Source of the DNA: Styela clava
Taxonomy: Eukaryota
Assembly (NCBI RefSeq): GCF_964204865.1
Contig: NC_135250.1
Coordinates: 9,238,001 to 9,302,000, forward strand
Length of the DNA: 64,000 nucleotides
Direction: 5' to 3'
Shown: positions 61,201 through 64,000 of the stretch, in pieces
Numbering within the stretch: position 1 is the first letter of the stretch
Layout of the letters: each line of letters starts with the position of its first letter
The notes under the pieces: generated by a model
The model's database searches: none
Seen by the model: only the letters and a program-made list of their open reading frames with translations
Told to the model about the DNA's origin: nothing
Program-made: the position numbers and the translations under genes

Positions 61201-64000
61201 CGTCCTTCATCCTGAAAAGCTAAAAAAAAACTTATATCATGCTGTTTTGCGGTTGGGTTTAGCAAGAACAAAACATGATAATCTTATTTAACATACAGTA
61301 CAATAATAACAAATTTGGGATCAACACTACAAAAACTAGAGGTGTAGTGTAAATAAATGCTTTCACGTCTAGCAAGTCTAAACAAGTTTTGGGATTGACA
61401 CTATTACTGAGCTGCGTGTTCGATGAGTTTACGGTAAACTTATCGTATTTAATGGTGTTTTCATTTCTAACACATTTTAGTTGGCTTTCCGGGCGACAAG
61501 AGGCAAATCGTTTTATTCAGACATGGCTATTGATGACATCACAATATTGTCAGAAGCATGTGCATCACAACAAACGACCGAAAGTTCTGTTACTGAAGCA
61601 GAATTCACAACTGACTTTTATGTAACGACAGCTGATACTATATCAAGTAAGTGGATTGTTGGTATATTGAGTTTTGCTATGAATTTAAATATTTCGAAAA
61701 GAGATCTGTAAGCCACAATCTCAACTCGATGACGATTGAAATGTCACCACACGCTTCGAGGCAACAAAATCCACTGTTAAATAATACCTACAAAACCACC
61801 ACTTCAGCGCACCATTATAAGTGATAGGTCACATACAGGCTGTGAATAGAGTTTATATGCTCTTTATCCTCATTTTTTGCTGAAACGTCAAAACCTGTGT
61901 ACAGCTTTCGATCGTAAATTAAGCTACATCCTACCCTCATTATGACCAGGTATTGTGACGTCACGCTTTCTGATGCTGCGATAATATAATAGACTTATGA
62001 GATAACTCTCGCCTTTTCATAACTTATTTTTGAATTCTGAGCCATTACGTCATAAACTTGAGTGAACTTGATATGTATTCTCGCAAAGCAAACGATATTT
62101 TCAACAGGTAGAAACAATAATATTATAATTAATAGTTTTATAAACGTGAAGTCGAGAATATGGCACAGCAGACAAGAAACCTAATTTTCTAACTAAATTG
62201 ACTTATTCAGATTGTACGGAAGAGGATTTTATTTGCTCGGATGGATTTGATTGTATCAAGAAAGAATATGTTTGTGATGGCGATCTAGATTGTTCAGATG
62301 GAAGTGATGAATTGAATTGTCCTGGTTAGTAATATAATTAAAAAAAAATTTTTTTTTCAAAAAACTGTAAATTGAAATTGAAAATAACATTATCAGTTGA
62401 TTGTAAACAGACTAAAAACAGGGAAGCGAGTGTATGTTTACAGTTTTAGAGAAATCAATGCTATAAAGATAATTACGGTATACTCACTACGTGAAATTTT
62501 ATTTTTGAGTGTCGCAAAATCGAAATACGATAAGAGATTTGTTTATACTAACTATTTTGGTTAAGTACTGTGTGCTTACATATGGTATGTTAACATGTAC
62601 TTATTAAATATCGAACAATCCGTGGGAGCACATTTCTAATTGCAATGTTTGATAGCGTTTACATTGAAATAGCTTAAGTATTTTATTATTAACTCATTTT
62701 TCAGAAAAAAAGGTTCCATACTTTCCATGACCAATGTTATTTTAGTTATTATAACTTGTTTTTTGATATTTGATAATTGATGAATAGGATTTGATAAAAC
62801 AAAATATCAAAAAACTTTTTTGTTTCTGTGACTTTTAACTGTGGAATGTGTGATTTCTAAATAACCATTGTTATTTGTTTCATGCTCCAAACAATAAAAC
62901 CAACACACGGTTGTTTCAATACATGAATAATCATTTTAGCACCAGCTCGATGTCCTGAAACATTTGAATGGAAATCCTGCGGATCAGCATGCAATAGAAC
63001 TTGCGCAGATGGTGAAGATGGACCAACCTGTTCGTTGAGATGTGTTCAACGTTGTGATTGTCCATTTGATGCTCCTGTGTTACACAATAGCAGGTGGGAT
63101 TTATTTACTTCAAAACAGGAATGTAACGGAACATGGTTGAAAGAGATGATTATGTTTAAAAAAATGCTGACGAGACGTTACTGCGTTTTTGTTACATCGG
63201 AATATTATGTTTTTATTAAAAAATGACGACAAAAGCACGAATTTGGCATTTTTATTAAATTCGTTTTTTAGCAGTCTATGACATGCAATCTTTCGTTGGT
63301 GCTAGGGACGTTTTTTTCCTAATAAGGCACTAATAACATTGAAGCTGATCTAGATATCATTATTGTAAATTTCATGAAAGGCAGATTATGAAAATTGATG
63401 TTTTTTTAGTAGCTTGGAAAAAATTAACAAATGAGTGATTTAATATCAAAATCGGACACCTTAAGTGAAAAAGTTCAATGTATGTTGAAAATAATATTGC
63501 TTTAAATGAACCATTTAAATATTCAGATGTATTCCGTACGACCAATGTCCGTCTACTTCAATACCGCTCGAGGAGGTTCAAATCGCCTCGCTGGGTGAAA
63601 TTACAGAAACGTCCGTAACCGTGACTTTCGATACCGTGTCTTCCGCTGAATCTTTTATCGTCTCTCTTGTCATTCCTGATCTCCCGGACTCAGAAAAGAA
63701 AACTCAAACTTTGAATAACGACAGAGCAACTATTTCTTACACATTTACGGGTCTTACTCAAGGTATGATGATTTCATGGCATAAATATAGTTTCGTTTTG
63801 TATTTCAATAAATGATTTAAATTTATGTCATAGAAAACTATTTGGTCATTTTTTTGATTTTAAATTTTTTTCGATTCTCATATATTTATCATTTGCGTAG
63901 GTACGAAGTATCAGATCTTCATAGAATCAGTTGCAACAGGAAAAGAAAACGTGCTGTCTTCTGTCCTTCTTACGTTTACCACACTGACTAATTTGGGACG
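55216..64000 (+). CDS. Mosaic extracellular protein: signal peptide-CUB-MAM-Ser/Thr linker-LDLa-TIL-FN3; continues beyond the right edge
   Basis: 12 exons in frame: 55216-55303, 55780-55922, 57559-57728, 58871-58998, 59683-59787, 59986-60066, 60642-60823, 61481-61646, 62211-62324, 62940-63093, 63527-63762, 63901->64000. CUB: [58 protein letters not shown]: [42 protein letters not shown]. LDLa: [39 protein letters not shown]: [35 protein letters not shown]3: [16 protein letters not shown]. Confidence 0.9.
56565..57447. mobile_element. ~880-bp non-autonomous DNA transposon with ~60-bp TIRs in intron 2 of the CUB-MAM gene
   Basis: AATAGACCTTAGTCATTCAAAACCCATCCTACGCGCAAAA..GTGGCATAAACAAA is mirrored by TTTGTTTATGCCAC..CGCGTGTAGGATGGGTTTTGAATAACTAAGATCTATT. 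No clear TSD, so superfamily unassigned. Confidence 0.75.
58173..58408 (-). mobile_element. Second copy of the Helitron/Helentron-like element
   Basis: AAACAAGAGAGCTATGCTCAAATATATGGACACG...ATAGCCTTCTGG...TCTTTAACCAC...AACGATCGTTATGTCCCCTAAACATGTCCAATAA is the reverse complement of the 46947-47324 copy. Confidence 0.6.
60305..60553. repeat. Dispersed ACTCCG-rich repeat; related patches at about 29585-29710, 36470-36515 and 57845-58095
   Basis: Recurrent ACTCCGACTCC motifs ending in CTCCGACCCGCAGCCCTGC; probably subterminal repeats of a DNA transposon. Confidence 0.5.

Overview
AT-rich, intron-rich animal DNA, probably an invertebrate chordate such as an ascidian (inferred from gene content, short introns and repeat types, not proven). 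I assembled five protein-coding genes by hand; all introns are GT-AG and the frame is continuous across them. (1) A p120/delta-catenin-family armadillo gene (- strand, 18 coding exons, runs off the left edge). (2) Choline transporter-like SLC44A1 (-, 14 exons, 646 aa). (3) Splicing factor CCDC130/YJU2B (-, 7 exons, 392 aa). (4) A riboflavin-binding-protein/folate-receptor-family gene that unusually encodes a type I transmembrane protein with a cytoplasmic tail (-, 7 exons, 292 aa). (5) A divergently transcribed mosaic gene, SP-CUB-MAM-LDLa-TIL-FN3 (+, runs off the right edge). Non-coding DNA holds hAT-, Tc1/mariner- and GG-ended MITEs with intact TSDs, two SINE families and Helitron/Helentron-like elements. 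It also holds a truncated Ty3/gypsy element (LTR, tRNA-Ser PBS, decayed gag) nested in a hAT element, a 47-bp minisatellite, a 305-bp tandem duplication and several orphan exon-like fragments. Best leads: the transmembrane RBP-like receptor and its head-to-head mosaic neighbour, a possible CCDC130-SLC44A1 operon, and a triplicated splice donor giving candidate 15-nt microexons in the catenin gene. No searches were run; homologies are recalled from known family sequences.
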